From Bacillales bacterium (GTDB lineage Bacteria; Bacillota_I; Bacilli_A; RF39; UBA660): 56,927 bases of DNA. The translations under genes were made by a program, and so were the position numbers. A model generated the notes under the pieces. It searched no databases and was not told the origin of the DNA. It saw only the letters and a list, made by a program, of their open reading frames with translations. This document shows positions 20,643-30,155 of this stretch, in pieces. How positions within the stretch are numbered: the first letter of the stretch is position 1; each line of letters opens with the position of its first letter. Location: assembly GCA_016288635.1 (NCBI GenBank), contig JAEEKZ010000047.1, positions 1-56,927 of the forward strand, written 5' to 3'.

Positions 20643-22835
20643 TTAAGGATTCTCCTCAGGAGCAACATAGTCCTTATCCCACCAAGCATACAATGAGCCA
20701 GTGTAACTAAATTCGGTATTCATTCCAGCTTTTATCTCTCCAGTTGGATAAACTACCAAATAAGAAGCTCCACCACCTCGTCTAGAACAATATCCTTTAA
20801 AAGTATAACCACTTCTAAAATCTGTTGGCATATCCCATTCAGTTTCTCCTGCAGGAGCAATATCTGTTTTAAGATTATATATTGGTATATAATTATTACC
20901 ATCTATCTTATACCAGCCATCATCATAACGTTCATAAATTGCATTATCTCTTGTAAGCTCAATATCTATTTTATAATTTGAGAATTTTTGAGGATTGCTG
21001 CTATTTGGCTTAATGTAAATTGTTTTAGGTATTCCCGTGAATACAACTTCACTAAATCCATCAGTTGGTAAATCAACACTTTCTATTTTAGCGTCATTTA
21101 TTTTTATATATAATTTTAAATCACCACTAATACTTCCATCTAATTTTTTAATTGTCATTCTAAATGGTTGTGAAGATGAACCCGTTGGAGTATTAACGAA
21201 TAAATCAAGATTCTTATTATTTGTTATATATTGTTGACTAAATTCTCCATCTAATACCAATGATTTTAAACCATCTTCATCAAAATCAACACGTATACCA
21301 CTATCATAACCATTATCACTATTCGCATAGAATAAATCATCATTAATGCTAATAGGAATATATTTCTTCAAATCAGTAATAACATGATATGGTTTTTCAG
21401 CTGAACCATCAGATCTTATTCCATTTACAGTTTCATATACATAAGTATTGTATTTAAGGGAAATTGCAGGTCTTACACCAATTTCACTTTCCACATCAGA
21501 AGAAACCAAATAACCATAATCAGAAACAGAATAAACGCTAGCTGATGTTCTATCAAAATCAACTGGAGACATAGTCCAAAAACCATTATAACCGTCTATC
21601 AAATAATTATAGCCAGCTTTTGGATCACGACTATTATCATAAATCATATATACTTCATCTGCAGTAATTGTTGCGCCAGATATACCTACATTCTCTAATA
21701 ATTCATTACCTTGAACATAGTTAATTGTATGTGACACAGTGTATCTATCAGCCTGTTGTGAACAATACATTGTTTCTGGAGTATTAATACTGGCTTGTGT
21801 TGCAGTTTGACTAACTAAATCCTTGAAACAAACATAATTTCCTACACTTGGTCCACTGGCAACTTTTGCCCATTTTGAAGAGCAATTTGTTGTATCACCA
21901 AACAATACAGGCGTATTAGTACTTGGGTTCCACTCAATCTCAACAGGTTCTTGATCAGCCAACTGACTAAAATATGAAGTCATATCCGTATGATCTGTAT
22001 AAATTACAGTTTCTGTATTTGCATACATTTTTTTGACTGACTCAACAATATTTCCCAATCTTCTTTTGGGTCCATAACTAGTTACAGTTCCATCGCCAAT
22101 CATTGGTTCAGATCTATCATTACACCAATGTGTATCTTCAACGAAATAACTGACCGGTTTAATATTATCTATTAGAAACTCATCGATTTTTGCTTTTAAC
22201 ATTGAATTTTGCTCGACGGTTGTTTCTGGTAATTTATAAGTATAACCAACATATTCTTTTAAAGGAACATTATTAAAATATTCATTATATTTTGTTTTTC
22301 CAATACCATCTTTGTTTGTAACCGTCTTACACGATCCGTTTTCATCCGGTAAACCAACATATAGCAACTTAACGCCACCTGTTTCAGTTGTTCTTATTAT
22401 CTTCCAACATCTATCAGCAAATATAACATTATTATGCGTTGCAGTTTGATAATAAAAGAATACTGGGCTATTATAATCCATATAGTCTTTCGAAAACTTA
22501 TATACTTCATAGTTTTCATTTCTATGATGGTTTATACAATACTCGCCATCTTCTCCACTATTTTTATGACAATCAGGATGCTGATCTCTCTCATATAAAG
22601 CTATTAAAGCATCATACTTCTTAGAAATAACAGCAGAAAGCAATAAACCATCTTTACCTTTTACTTTTGCATTTAAATCTTCTCTAATATCTTCTGCTGA
22701 TTTTTGTACATTTCTTCTAGTATTAATATACTTTTCAAGTAAAGCAATCATTAATAGTAAAAACAAAACAACAAAAGTAATTATTATTGAGCTGGATATA
22801 AATCCCTTTTTATTTAATTTTTTTCTATTTTTCAT
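20643..22835 (-). CDS. Large pilin-like surface protein (class III signal lacking Glu5; DUF6273-like domain; C-terminal InlB-B-like repeat)
   Basis: KKGF-ISSS plus hydrophobic helix; CWKIIRT...GVKL, FWTMSP, GVRPAISL; GYTFKGY...LYAWW. Confidence 0.7.
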   Translation of the reverse strand: MKNRKKLNKKGFISSSIIITFVVLFLLLMIALLEKYINTRRNVQKSAEDIREDLNAKVKGKDGLLLSAVISKKYDALIALYERDQHPDCHKNSGEDGEYCINHHRNENYEVYKFSKDYMDYNSPVFFYYQTATHNNVIFADRCWKIIRTTETGGVKLLYVGLPDENGSCKTVTNKDGIGKTKYNEYFNNVPLKEYVGYTYKLPETTVEQNSMLKAKIDEFLIDNIKPVSYFVEDTHWCNDRSEPMIGDGTVTSYGPKRRLGNIVESVKKMYANTETVIYTDHTDMTSYFSQLADQEPVEIEWNPSTNTPVLFGDTTNCSSKWAKVASGPSVGNYVCFKDLVSQTATQASINTPETMYCSQQADRYTVSHTINYVQGNELLENVGISGATITADEVYMIYDNSRDPKAGYNYLIDGYNGFWTMSPVDFDRTSASVYSVSDYGYLVSSDVESEIGVRPAISLKYNTYVYETVNGIRSDGSAEKPYHVITDLKKYIPISINDDLFYANSDNGYDSGIRVDFDEDGLKSLVLDGEFSQQYITNNKNLDLFVNTPTGSSSQPFRMTIKKLDGSISGDLKLYIKINDAKIESVDLPTDGFSEVVFTGIPKTIYIKPNSSNPQKFSNYKIDIELTRDNAIYERYDDGWYKIDGNNYIPIYNLKTDIAPAGETEWDMPTDFRSGYTFKGYCSRRGGGASYLVVYPTGEIKAGMNTEFSYTGSLYAWWDKDYVAPEENP

Positions 22836-22845
22836 ATCCTACCTC

Positions 22846-23553
22846 TTATTTATAACATGCTTCTGATTTATTAAACTCAAATGGAGAATAAATCCAGGCG
22901 TAGTATCTTGCACTTTTATTAGTAGACGAAAAAGCCTTAAAAGAAGCAACCAAAATATAATTATCAGAGCAATTTGCACTTATAGTTTTAATATATGTTC
23001 TTAATTCTGCAGGTAAATCATACAAAGCTTCTGAACAATATTTATTCTTATTAAACTTAGCAGCAGTTTCTCCTGCTTGACTTGCATAATATGAATCATT
23101 TGCTTGAGTTCTTTTTCCAACATATGTATCACTACACAATGTTAACCCATATTGCAAAGAATTTGACCACAATGCAAATTCTGGCTTAACAAGCAATAAA
23201 TGTTCTAATCCATATGATTGGGTTAAATCCGTAAAACCTGTTTTAAATTTTCTTATTTCATCAGAAGACATATTCATAAATAATTGTGGAGTTCCTATTC
23301 CAATTGGAACAACATAATTATCTGCCGCTATTGAAGTGGCATAATCAGGATTAACGTTGTTAACTTTTAAATAATCTGCAATTGCGTATAACTTAAATAT
23401 ATATGCAGTATCATCATAATAAACTCTTGTTTTCTCTCTTGATAAAGTTGTAGCGAATGATGAAAAGACACGCAAAAGTATAATGGTTACCATAACCATT
23501 ACAACAATCGTTTCAACCATTGCAAATCCTTTTTTATTCTTTATTAGTTTCAT
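22846..23553 (-). CDS. Type IV prepilin-like protein
   Basis: KKG/FAMVE class III signal with Glu5 followed by a hydrophobic helix; start after the GGTGA RBS. Confidence 0.8.
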   Translation of the reverse strand: MKLIKNKKGFAMVETIVVMVMVTIILLRVFSSFATTLSREKTRVYYDDTAYIFKLYAIADYLKVNNVNPDYATSIAADNYVVPIGIGTPQLFMNMSSDEIRKFKTGFTDLTQSYGLEHLLLVKPEFALWSNSLQYGLTLCSDTYVGKRTQANDSYYASQAGETAAKFNKNKYCSEALYDLPAELRTYIKTISANCSDNYILVASFKAFSSTNKSARYYAWIYSPFEFNKSEACYK

Positions 23554-23625
23554 ACTATTCACCATATTATTATTATAGTTTATAATTCAACTTTTTACAA
23601 TAATCATTATAATTAATTGCGTCAA

Positions 23626-24264
23626 CTATAACACTTTATTAACTAAATCAGTTAATTTCTTAACATGTTTATCTTTAATCTTAACGTATTTTAAATAACA
23701 ATCTCCACAAAGAGGAACATACTCTACATCACTAGTAGATCCATCTATAACAACAGTTTCTCCTTGGTCTGTAAACACTCCATTAACTCTTCTAGAATTA
23801 AATATTGCCTTTTTACCACATAAGCAAAGACAACTACTTCCTATCTCAGAAATATCATCTGCTACTGCAAATAATTTAGCAACAGCTGGTGAGAATATAT
23901 TACCTGTAAAATTACTCTTTAATCCATATGTAATAACAGGTATTTTAATTAAGTGAGCAATTGTCCATAATTCCTCAATTTGACTTTCACTTAGCATTTC
24001 TACCTCATCAACTAAAATAACTTTTGAAGTGTAATACTTTTTATAATTGCCCTCTGTTAACAATGATTCATTTTCTCTCAAAAGAATATCTACTTTTCTA
24101 GCTTCCCCATTTCTAGAAATAATACTATCTTTTCCTTTTGTATCTATCTTAGATTTAATAATGGTAATTTTAAAATTATTTTCTTCATAATTATGTGCTG
24201 TTTGTAAAATATTAATAGTTTTTCCACCATTCATTGCACTATACTTAAAAATTAGATTTGCCAT
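23626..24264 (-). CDS. tdk: Thymidine kinase
   Basis: SAMNGGKT P-loop, SR, LVDE, YGL, CLCG Zn site, YVPLC. Confidence 0.9.
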   Translation of the reverse strand: MANLIFKYSAMNGGKTINILQTAHNYEENNFKITIIKSKIDTKGKDSIISRNGEARKVDILLRENESLLTEGNYKKYYTSKVILVDEVEMLSESQIEELWTIAHLIKIPVITYGLKSNFTGNIFSPAVAKLFAVADDISEIGSSCLCLCGKKAIFNSRRVNGVFTDQGETVVIDGSTSDVEYVPLCGDCYLKYVKIKDKHVKKLTDLVNKVL

Positions 24265-24288
24265 TATTATCACCTAATTATATATTAT

Positions 24289-24319
24289 AAAAAAGTCTAC
24301 CTCTAATCAAGAGGTAGAC
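24289..24319 (-). terminator. Intrinsic terminator after recO
   Basis: GTCTACCTC-loop-GAGGTAGAC plus T6 on the minus strand. Confidence 0.8.
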
Positions 24320-24321
24320 CC

Positions 24322-25056
24322 TTATATTTCCAAAATATTTTTTAAAAATTTCTTACTATGAATATAAATTCCTGTGTAATCATCATAGAATGTATTTATA
24401 AAAGAATTTATTTCTTCCTTTGTAGAATTATCAATTTTAAAATTACTGATACTTTTTATTTCAACATAATAATATAATCTAATTAATTTAATCGCTTTTT
24501 GTGACATAATTGGTTGATTATTGTAACAATTTTTACATATATATCCACCAGAAGAAACATCTATAGTTACTATATCTGTTTTACTTCCACATAAACTACA
24601 TGAATCAACATTTAATCTAACACCAAGATATGGTAAATATTTTAACTCAATTATATTAGTTAGAATCATTGGATCTAACTTTTCATTTAGTTTTAATATT
24701 ATATTTATAAATAAATTATATATTTCCTCATATTCACTAGTCTGTTTTACAACTTGTTCAGTTAAATCTGCAATATAAGTTAAATAGCTAATTAATGTTA
24801 AATCGTTATGAATGTTTTTTAAAGGATCAATTATATCAACACTATTTAAAATAGATAATTTATTTTCTTTATAATTAATTAAAAAACGTCCATAGGCAAA
24901 TCTATTAGTGAATGCACGTAATTTTGACTTTACTTGCTTAGCCCCCTTGGCCATTATGCCAATCATGCCATACTCTTTTGTGAAAACATTTATTATTTTT
25001 GATGTTTCCCCATAAGAAATCTCACTTAAAATTATACCTTCAACGCTTTCTATCAT
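24322..25056 (-). CDS. recO: DNA repair protein RecO
   Basis: GIIL..YGETSKI, AKGA, CSLC...CKNC Zn finger; follows era. Confidence 0.93.
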   Translation of the reverse strand: MIESVEGIILSEISYGETSKIINVFTKEYGMIGIMAKGAKQVKSKLRAFTNRFAYGRFLINYKENKLSILNSVDIIDPLKNIHNDLTLISYLTYIADLTEQVVKQTSEYEEIYNLFINIILKLNEKLDPMILTNIIELKYLPYLGVRLNVDSCSLCGSKTDIVTIDVSSGGYICKNCYNNQPIMSQKAIKLIRLYYYVEIKSISNFKIDNSTKEEINSFINTFYDDYTGIYIHSKKFLKNILEI

Positions 25057-25066
25057 TTTTACATCT

Positions 25067-25957
25067 TTATTTATCTATAGAATCAATAAAACCTAATTCT
25101 ATTAAATAACTTTCTTTTTCCTTCCAATTTTCAATCGTTTTAACATATGTTTCAAGATAAACTTTTTTGCCTAATAATGCCTCAATATCTTTACGAGCTT
25201 CAATACCGATTTCTTTTAATTTATTACCACCTTTACCAATGATAATTTTCTTTATTGAATCTCTATCTACAATTATATCAATACAAATATTAACAATATC
25301 TTTCTTTTCTTCAAATTTAATCGTATGACACGTTACAGAATGCGGCACCTCTTCTTCAGTAGAATTAAGTATCTTTTCTCTAACTATTTCACTTACCATA
25401 AAATTTAAAGGACTACTTGTATATTCATCTTTAGGGAAAAATAGTACTTCATCCCTAACATATTTCTTAATAACCTCAATTAATCTCTCAATATTATCTT
25501 TCTTAATCGCAGAAACAGGAACTATTTCCGCAAAAGGATAAATATCTTTAAACTTATCAATAGTCTCCATTATTTGAGCATTATTAAGTCTATCTATCTT
25601 GTTCATTACTAATATTACAGGAATATCACAATCTTTTAAAGCCTCTAAGATATATAAATCTCCTCTTCCGATTCCACTTGCTACATCAACAACAAAACAA
25701 ATGCAATCAACATCTTTTGTTTGATTTAAAGATTCCTTATTTAAATATCTATTTAACTTACTTTGTGGTTTTCCTATTCCAGGAGTATCAACAAATATTA
25801 TTTGATAATCATCTTCATTATAGATCCCTTGAATAATATTTCTTGTGGTTCCAGCTTTATTAGAAGTAATTGCAACATGCTCATTAATAATAGAATTAAG
25901 AAGTGTGCTCTTACCAACATTAGGTCTTCCGATTAAACTAACAAATCCACTCTTCAT
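25067..25957 (-). CDS. era: GTPase Era
   Basis: GRPNVGKST, DTPG, NKID, EEVPH, IIIGKGG KH domain. Confidence 0.97.
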   Translation of the reverse strand: MKSGFVSLIGRPNVGKSTLLNSIINEHVAITSNKAGTTRNIIQGIYNEDDYQIIFVDTPGIGKPQSKLNRYLNKESLNQTKDVDCICFVVDVASGIGRGDLYILEALKDCDIPVILVMNKIDRLNNAQIMETIDKFKDIYPFAEIVPVSAIKKDNIERLIEVIKKYVRDEVLFFPKDEYTSSPLNFMVSEIVREKILNSTEEEVPHSVTCHTIKFEEKKDIVNICIDIIVDRDSIKKIIIGKGGNKLKEIGIEARKDIEALLGKKVYLETYVKTIENWKEKESYLIELGFIDSIDK

Positions 25958-25965
25958 ATTATTTC

Positions 25966-26421
25966 CTATCTAAATAGATGAATAATCTTTGGAACAAAGA
26001 TAAATAAACAAATGATGAATTCTGCAAGTCCTGCTACTCCAGCAGCCGCTGAACCAGAATCCTTTGCTATCTTAGCTAATGGATCATACTTCTGAGTAAC
26101 TAAGTCTACGACTGCTTCAATACCAGTATTTAATAACTCTACAGCAAGTACAACTACAAGAGATATTAATAATATTGCCCATTGAGTAAATGATATTTCA
26201 AGTAGAAATCCCATAATGATTGCAACAATACTACCAACACCATGAATCCATAAACTTTGCTCATTTTTATAAGCATTTACTAACCCGTCCCATGAATACT
26301 TGCAAGCTCTAAATGTTCTTTTAATACTAAAGTGTTTTCCATCTGGAGTACCACTTTTAGCATAAAGAGGCTCACCATTCTCATCCAATAGTTTTTTGTC
26401 TTTTAGTTTCAATAAACTCAT
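25966..26421 (-). CDS. dgkA: DgkA-family (undecaprenol/diacylglycerol) kinase
   Basis: ELLNTGIEAVVD, AKIAKDSGSAA; three TM helices; GGAGG RBS inside ybeY. Confidence 0.9.
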   Translation of the reverse strand: MSLLKLKDKKLLDENGEPLYAKSGTPDGKHFSIKRTFRACKYSWDGLVNAYKNEQSLWIHGVGSIVAIIMGFLLEISFTQWAILLISLVVVLAVELLNTGIEAVVDLVTQKYDPLAKIAKDSGSAAAGVAGLAEFIICLFIFVPKIIHLFR

Positions 26422-26839
26422 TTAAAACATCCTCCTGTCTTCCAAACATAACTTTTTCTTCATCTTCTGTTTGATGATCATATCCAAGTAAATGAAGAAG
26501 TCCATGTACACATAAGAAACACATTTCTCTTGTTTCACTGTGACCATATTCTTTTGCTTGTTCCTTCATTCTCGGGATACACACAAATATCTCTCCCAAA
26601 ACATTTAATCCATTTTGATCAAATGTTCCAGAATCGTTATAAGCAAATGATATTACATCAGTTACTCTGTCAATTTTACGATATTCCCTATTCAATTCTT
26701 GTATTTTCTTTTCATCAACGAAAATGATTGTAAATATACCATTATTAATCTTTTCTATTTCTAATGCTTTATCAAGAACTTTAGGCAATACATCTGGATA
26801 TTTATATCCAAATTCATCTACAATTTCATAATTATTCAT
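26381..26839 (-). CDS. ybeY: rRNA maturation RNase YbeY
   Basis: LNREYR, TDVISF, HGLLHLLGYDH. Confidence 0.96.
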   Translation of the reverse strand: MNNYEIVDEFGYKYPDVLPKVLDKALEIEKINNGIFTIIFVDEKKIQELNREYRKIDRVTDVISFAYNDSGTFDQNGLNVLGEIFVCIPRMKEQAKEYGHSETREMCFLCVHGLLHLLGYDHQTEDEEKVMFGRQEDVLNEFIETKRQKTIG

Positions 26840-27456
26840 TAGAAATTAAGCACCCCCAAAATCTTCATGATATATATCACAAAACCAGCAATTATTATAA
26901 TACAAATAACATTATAAAGTCCATCTTTTTGTAAGAATTTTGGTAACTTATTATATATTGCTCTTAAGAAACTATATAATAGATATCCTATGATAGCTCC
27001 AGCTAAGTTTAAAATAATATCATCAACATCAAATGCTCTACCAATTCCTAGTTGAACTAACTCTACTGTACTACTTATTATTATTGAACTAACTATAATA
27101 GGAATTATATTTTTTGGCTTTAAATAGCCAGTCAAAATGCAGCCCATTGGAATAAAAAGAATTATATTACCGAGAACATTTAGTTTAAACAAATTACTTC
27201 CAATTGTATATCTAGTTATTTCTTTAAAAGGAACTAAATTAAATCCAGCATTTGAACTTACTTCGGTATTTATTAATAATTGAAATAATAATACTACATA
27301 TAAGATTGAACCTAAAGATAGTAATTCTCTATATAAACAAAACCTTTCTCTGTGACTAATTAAATAAAAGATACGGGTGGTTATAAGTGTAACACTAAAA
27401 ATAATCAAACTTGGCCAAATAGCACCAATTGATACTTGAAATAATCTTGCAAACAT
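26839..27456 (-). CDS. VanZ-family membrane protein
   Basis: NLVPF, GNIILFIPMG, ELVQ, GRAFDVDDIILN. Confidence 0.9.
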   Translation of the reverse strand: MFARLFQVSIGAIWPSLIIFSVTLITTRIFYLISHRERFCLYRELLSLGSILYVVLLFQLLINTEVSSNAGFNLVPFKEITRYTIGSNLFKLNVLGNIILFIPMGCILTGYLKPKNIIPIIVSSIIISSTVELVQLGIGRAFDVDDIILNLAGAIIGYLLYSFLRAIYNKLPKFLQKDGLYNVICIIIIAGFVIYIMKILGVLNF

Positions 27457-27556
27457 AATTCATCACCCTTTCTATTTATATTACATCATATACATTGTAC
27501 TATTAATTGATATTTTTTTAAAGCATTTTATCAATAATAAAAAACAATTAGATAAA

Positions 27557-29770
27557 CTAATTGCCTTTCTTCTGTCTTTGCTTTCTTTGTCTTTGTTTTG
27601 GATGTCTTTGAACAAATTCAACACCTTCAAAAACAACTCCACCTTTATTTCTATCGTTCTTAATAGGTCTAACAATCATATAATCTCCAAGCATTATTAC
27701 ACCTGTTTTGTGTGGTAAAACAATTTGTTTAGAAGGTAAATTAAGACTACTTCCCTGAAGAATACCACTCTTTATTGATAATCTTCCTCTTAGACCATTC
27801 TCAGTAATTTTAACTTCAACATAGTTGTTTTTAACATCCATGATCTGTACTTCCATCTCTTCACCCATATGATCATCAATAAATCTAGAAGAGCATAATT
27901 TAGCAAAATCTCTTTCACATTCATCAGCTTGTCTACTCTTATAAGTACAGTATTTAGCAATGTTATCTAATTGAGATAATAAATCATCCAAATCAATTTC
28001 AATCTTTTCTTTAAATATATAAATATGAATCAATAAACATACTATTAAATCTGCAAGTCTTCTAATTGGTGAAGTAAAATGGCAATATCCATCACTGGCA
28101 AGAGCCCAATGCCCCTTATTTTCAGTAGTGTAATATGCTATAGGCATACATCTTAAGATGATATATGAAATAATAGGACCCCATTCTTTATTTCCAGAAT
28201 ACTGTTTTAAAATTGATTGTAATTGTTTTCTGCCACCTTCTCCATTTAAACCTCTAACATCAACATTAAGTTTTTGTAATATTCCTTTTGCTTTTTCAAT
28301 TTTAAATGATTCAGGATCTTCATGACATCTAAATATTAATGGCAAGGTATTTTTTATAAATTCTAAAGCTATGGCTTCATTTGCGGAAACCATACTGTTT
28401 TCAATCCATTTTTCGGATTCACCTGATGATTCAGTTCGATATTCGACTTCACCAGTTTCGTTATTTTTTCTTGGTTCAGGATTATCATTAACAAATTCAA
28501 GAGCACCTTTAGCTTTTCTGTTACGTGTTAGTCTATCAGAAAGTTTCTTTAATGCATCAATAGATTCAAAAAAGTCATAATATGAATCATCAATTTCGCC
28601 AGTCTGCATGAATTTATTTAAATCTTCATAAGTCATTTTTTTCTTAGACTTAATAACACTTGGATAAATATCGTATTTAATAACATTACCTTGGCTATCA
28701 AATGTCATATCACAGGTAATGGTTAAACGCTCCTTACCTTCTTTTAAAGAACATATTCCACCAGAAATTTCAATTGGGAACATTGGATCAACATAGTCGC
28801 CAATATAAACGCTTGTTCCTCTTTTTAAAGCTTCAGCAAATAATTTAGAATTAACACCAACTACAGCAATTACATCGGATATATTTACCTTTAAATTTAT
28901 CGTTCCATCAGAATTTTCTTTAACAATTAAAGAATCATCCATATCTTTAGTATGAATCGAATCAATCGTAAAAGCTTGTTCTTCAGTTAAATCTACTCTA
29001 CCCTCTTTTTGTTCAGGTTTTATATCATCAGAAAACTGTGCTGCTTCCTCTAAAACTGGTTCAGGGAAACCAGTAGCAAATCCTCTACTTATAGCTATTG
29101 ATATTTCATCAGCAAATTGGTCATCTGCTCTACCAAGTTTTTCAATACTTACACCTTTAACCTGATTAGAAACACATACTTCATCAGATAATTGTATACA
29201 AACTCTATCACCCTCAAAAAGATTTGTTAAAAAATAATCATGAATCAAAACCTCAATTGGATATGGAGCATTAAAAGGAACCAAAGCTAATTTATTATTT
29301 TTTATAACAACATCACAAACTAAATTATGATTACTTCTATTTTGGATACCAACAACAATATTCTTTGTACAATCAACTGTAATAGTGTCGCCAGGAAAAG
29401 CTCCGTGCAGTTTAGCCTCAGGAATAATATAATCTTCCTCATTAACGGTAACAAAGTATTGACCTTGTCTATTTCTTTCAAGCTTAGCAACTGCGAAAGG
29501 TCGTCTTATTGCCCCATATTTTTGATCAATACCTTTATAAATAAAATTCTTTTCTATTAAACTATCTAATATAAAATCTAATTGTTCTCCACTGATAAAA
29601 AGACCAAGTAAAATTAATAATTCTTGTTTTGAATATCTAAATTTATTTAAAAGATCAAAAACAAATTTAACTTTATTATCTACTTCAATAGCGATTGTGT
29701 TTAATACTTCTTCTTTAGATTGTCCAATTTTTTTTAATAGTTCAAGAACTTCTTTTTCTTTATTGCCCAT
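27557..29770 (-). CDS. RNase R / RNB-domain exoribonuclease (divergent)
   Basis: TIDSIHTKDMDD, RGTSVY, CSL, IENSMVSANE, HFTSPIRR; cold-shock and S1-like regions; basic tail. Confidence 0.88.
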   Translation of the reverse strand: MGNKEKEVLELLKKIGQSKEEVLNTIAIEVDNKVKFVFDLLNKFRYSKQELLILLGLFISGEQLDFILDSLIEKNFIYKGIDQKYGAIRRPFAVAKLERNRQGQYFVTVNEEDYIIPEAKLHGAFPGDTITVDCTKNIVVGIQNRSNHNLVCDVVIKNNKLALVPFNAPYPIEVLIHDYFLTNLFEGDRVCIQLSDEVCVSNQVKGVSIEKLGRADDQFADEISIAISRGFATGFPEPVLEEAAQFSDDIKPEQKEGRVDLTEEQAFTIDSIHTKDMDDSLIVKENSDGTINLKVNISDVIAVVGVNSKLFAEALKRGTSVYIGDYVDPMFPIEISGGICSLKEGKERLTITCDMTFDSQGNVIKYDIYPSVIKSKKKMTYEDLNKFMQTGEIDDSYYDFFESIDALKKLSDRLTRNRKAKGALEFVNDNPEPRKNNETGEVEYRTESSGESEKWIENSMVSANEAIALEFIKNTLPLIFRCHEDPESFKIEKAKGILQKLNVDVRGLNGEGGRKQLQSILKQYSGNKEWGPIISYIILRCMPIAYYTTENKGHWALASDGYCHFTSPIRRLADLIVCLLIHIYIFKEKIEIDLDDLLSQLDNIAKYCTYKSRQADECERDFAKLCSSRFIDDHMGEEMEVQIMDVKNNYVEVKITENGLRGRLSIKSGILQGSSLNLPSKQIVLPHKTGVIMLGDYMIVRPIKNDRNKGGVVFEGVEFVQRHPKQRQRKQRQKKGN

Positions 29771-29870
29771 ACCAAACCCTCACCTGTAAAATATATAATA
29801 CAATTTTTTATAATAAAAATAAAGTAAAAAAAGAAAATTTTAATAAAAAAAATTAGGCTTTAACCTAATT

Positions 29871-30059
29871 TTAATAATTTCTATTTTTTTTACGAGAATT
29901 TTTAATTCCTTCTTTAATTTTATCTCTTCTCTCAACACCTGGTTTTACATAGTGTTTTCTCTTTTTCACTTCAGAAAGGACTCCGCTTCTAGCTACTTTT
30001 ACTTTAAATTTCTTTAAAGCACTTTCAACGTTACCGTTTTGAACTACTACTTTTGTCAT
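29871..30059 (-). CDS. rpsU: 30S ribosomal protein S21
   Basis: ESALKKFK, EVKKRKHYVKPG; start at the ATG after GGAGGG. Confidence 0.93.
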   Translation of the reverse strand: MTKVVVQNGNVESALKKFKVKVARSGVLSEVKKRKHYVKPGVERRDKIKEGIKNSRKKNRNY

Positions 30060-30155
30060 TTTTCGCCCTCCCTTCGTGCACAACTACATGGTATTATACA
30101 ACCAATAAAACTAAAAATCAACAATATTTGCCATAAAATAAGACAATTTTCGACA

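Noticed and set aside
20643-22835. Diversity-generating retroelement target (GVRP-type motif)
   Set aside because: No reverse transcriptase and no template repeat visible in the window
27481-27675. 64-aa minus-strand ORF overlapping the rnr-like 3' end
   Set aside because: Out-of-frame overlap running across a terminator-like region; no recognisable RBS or motif
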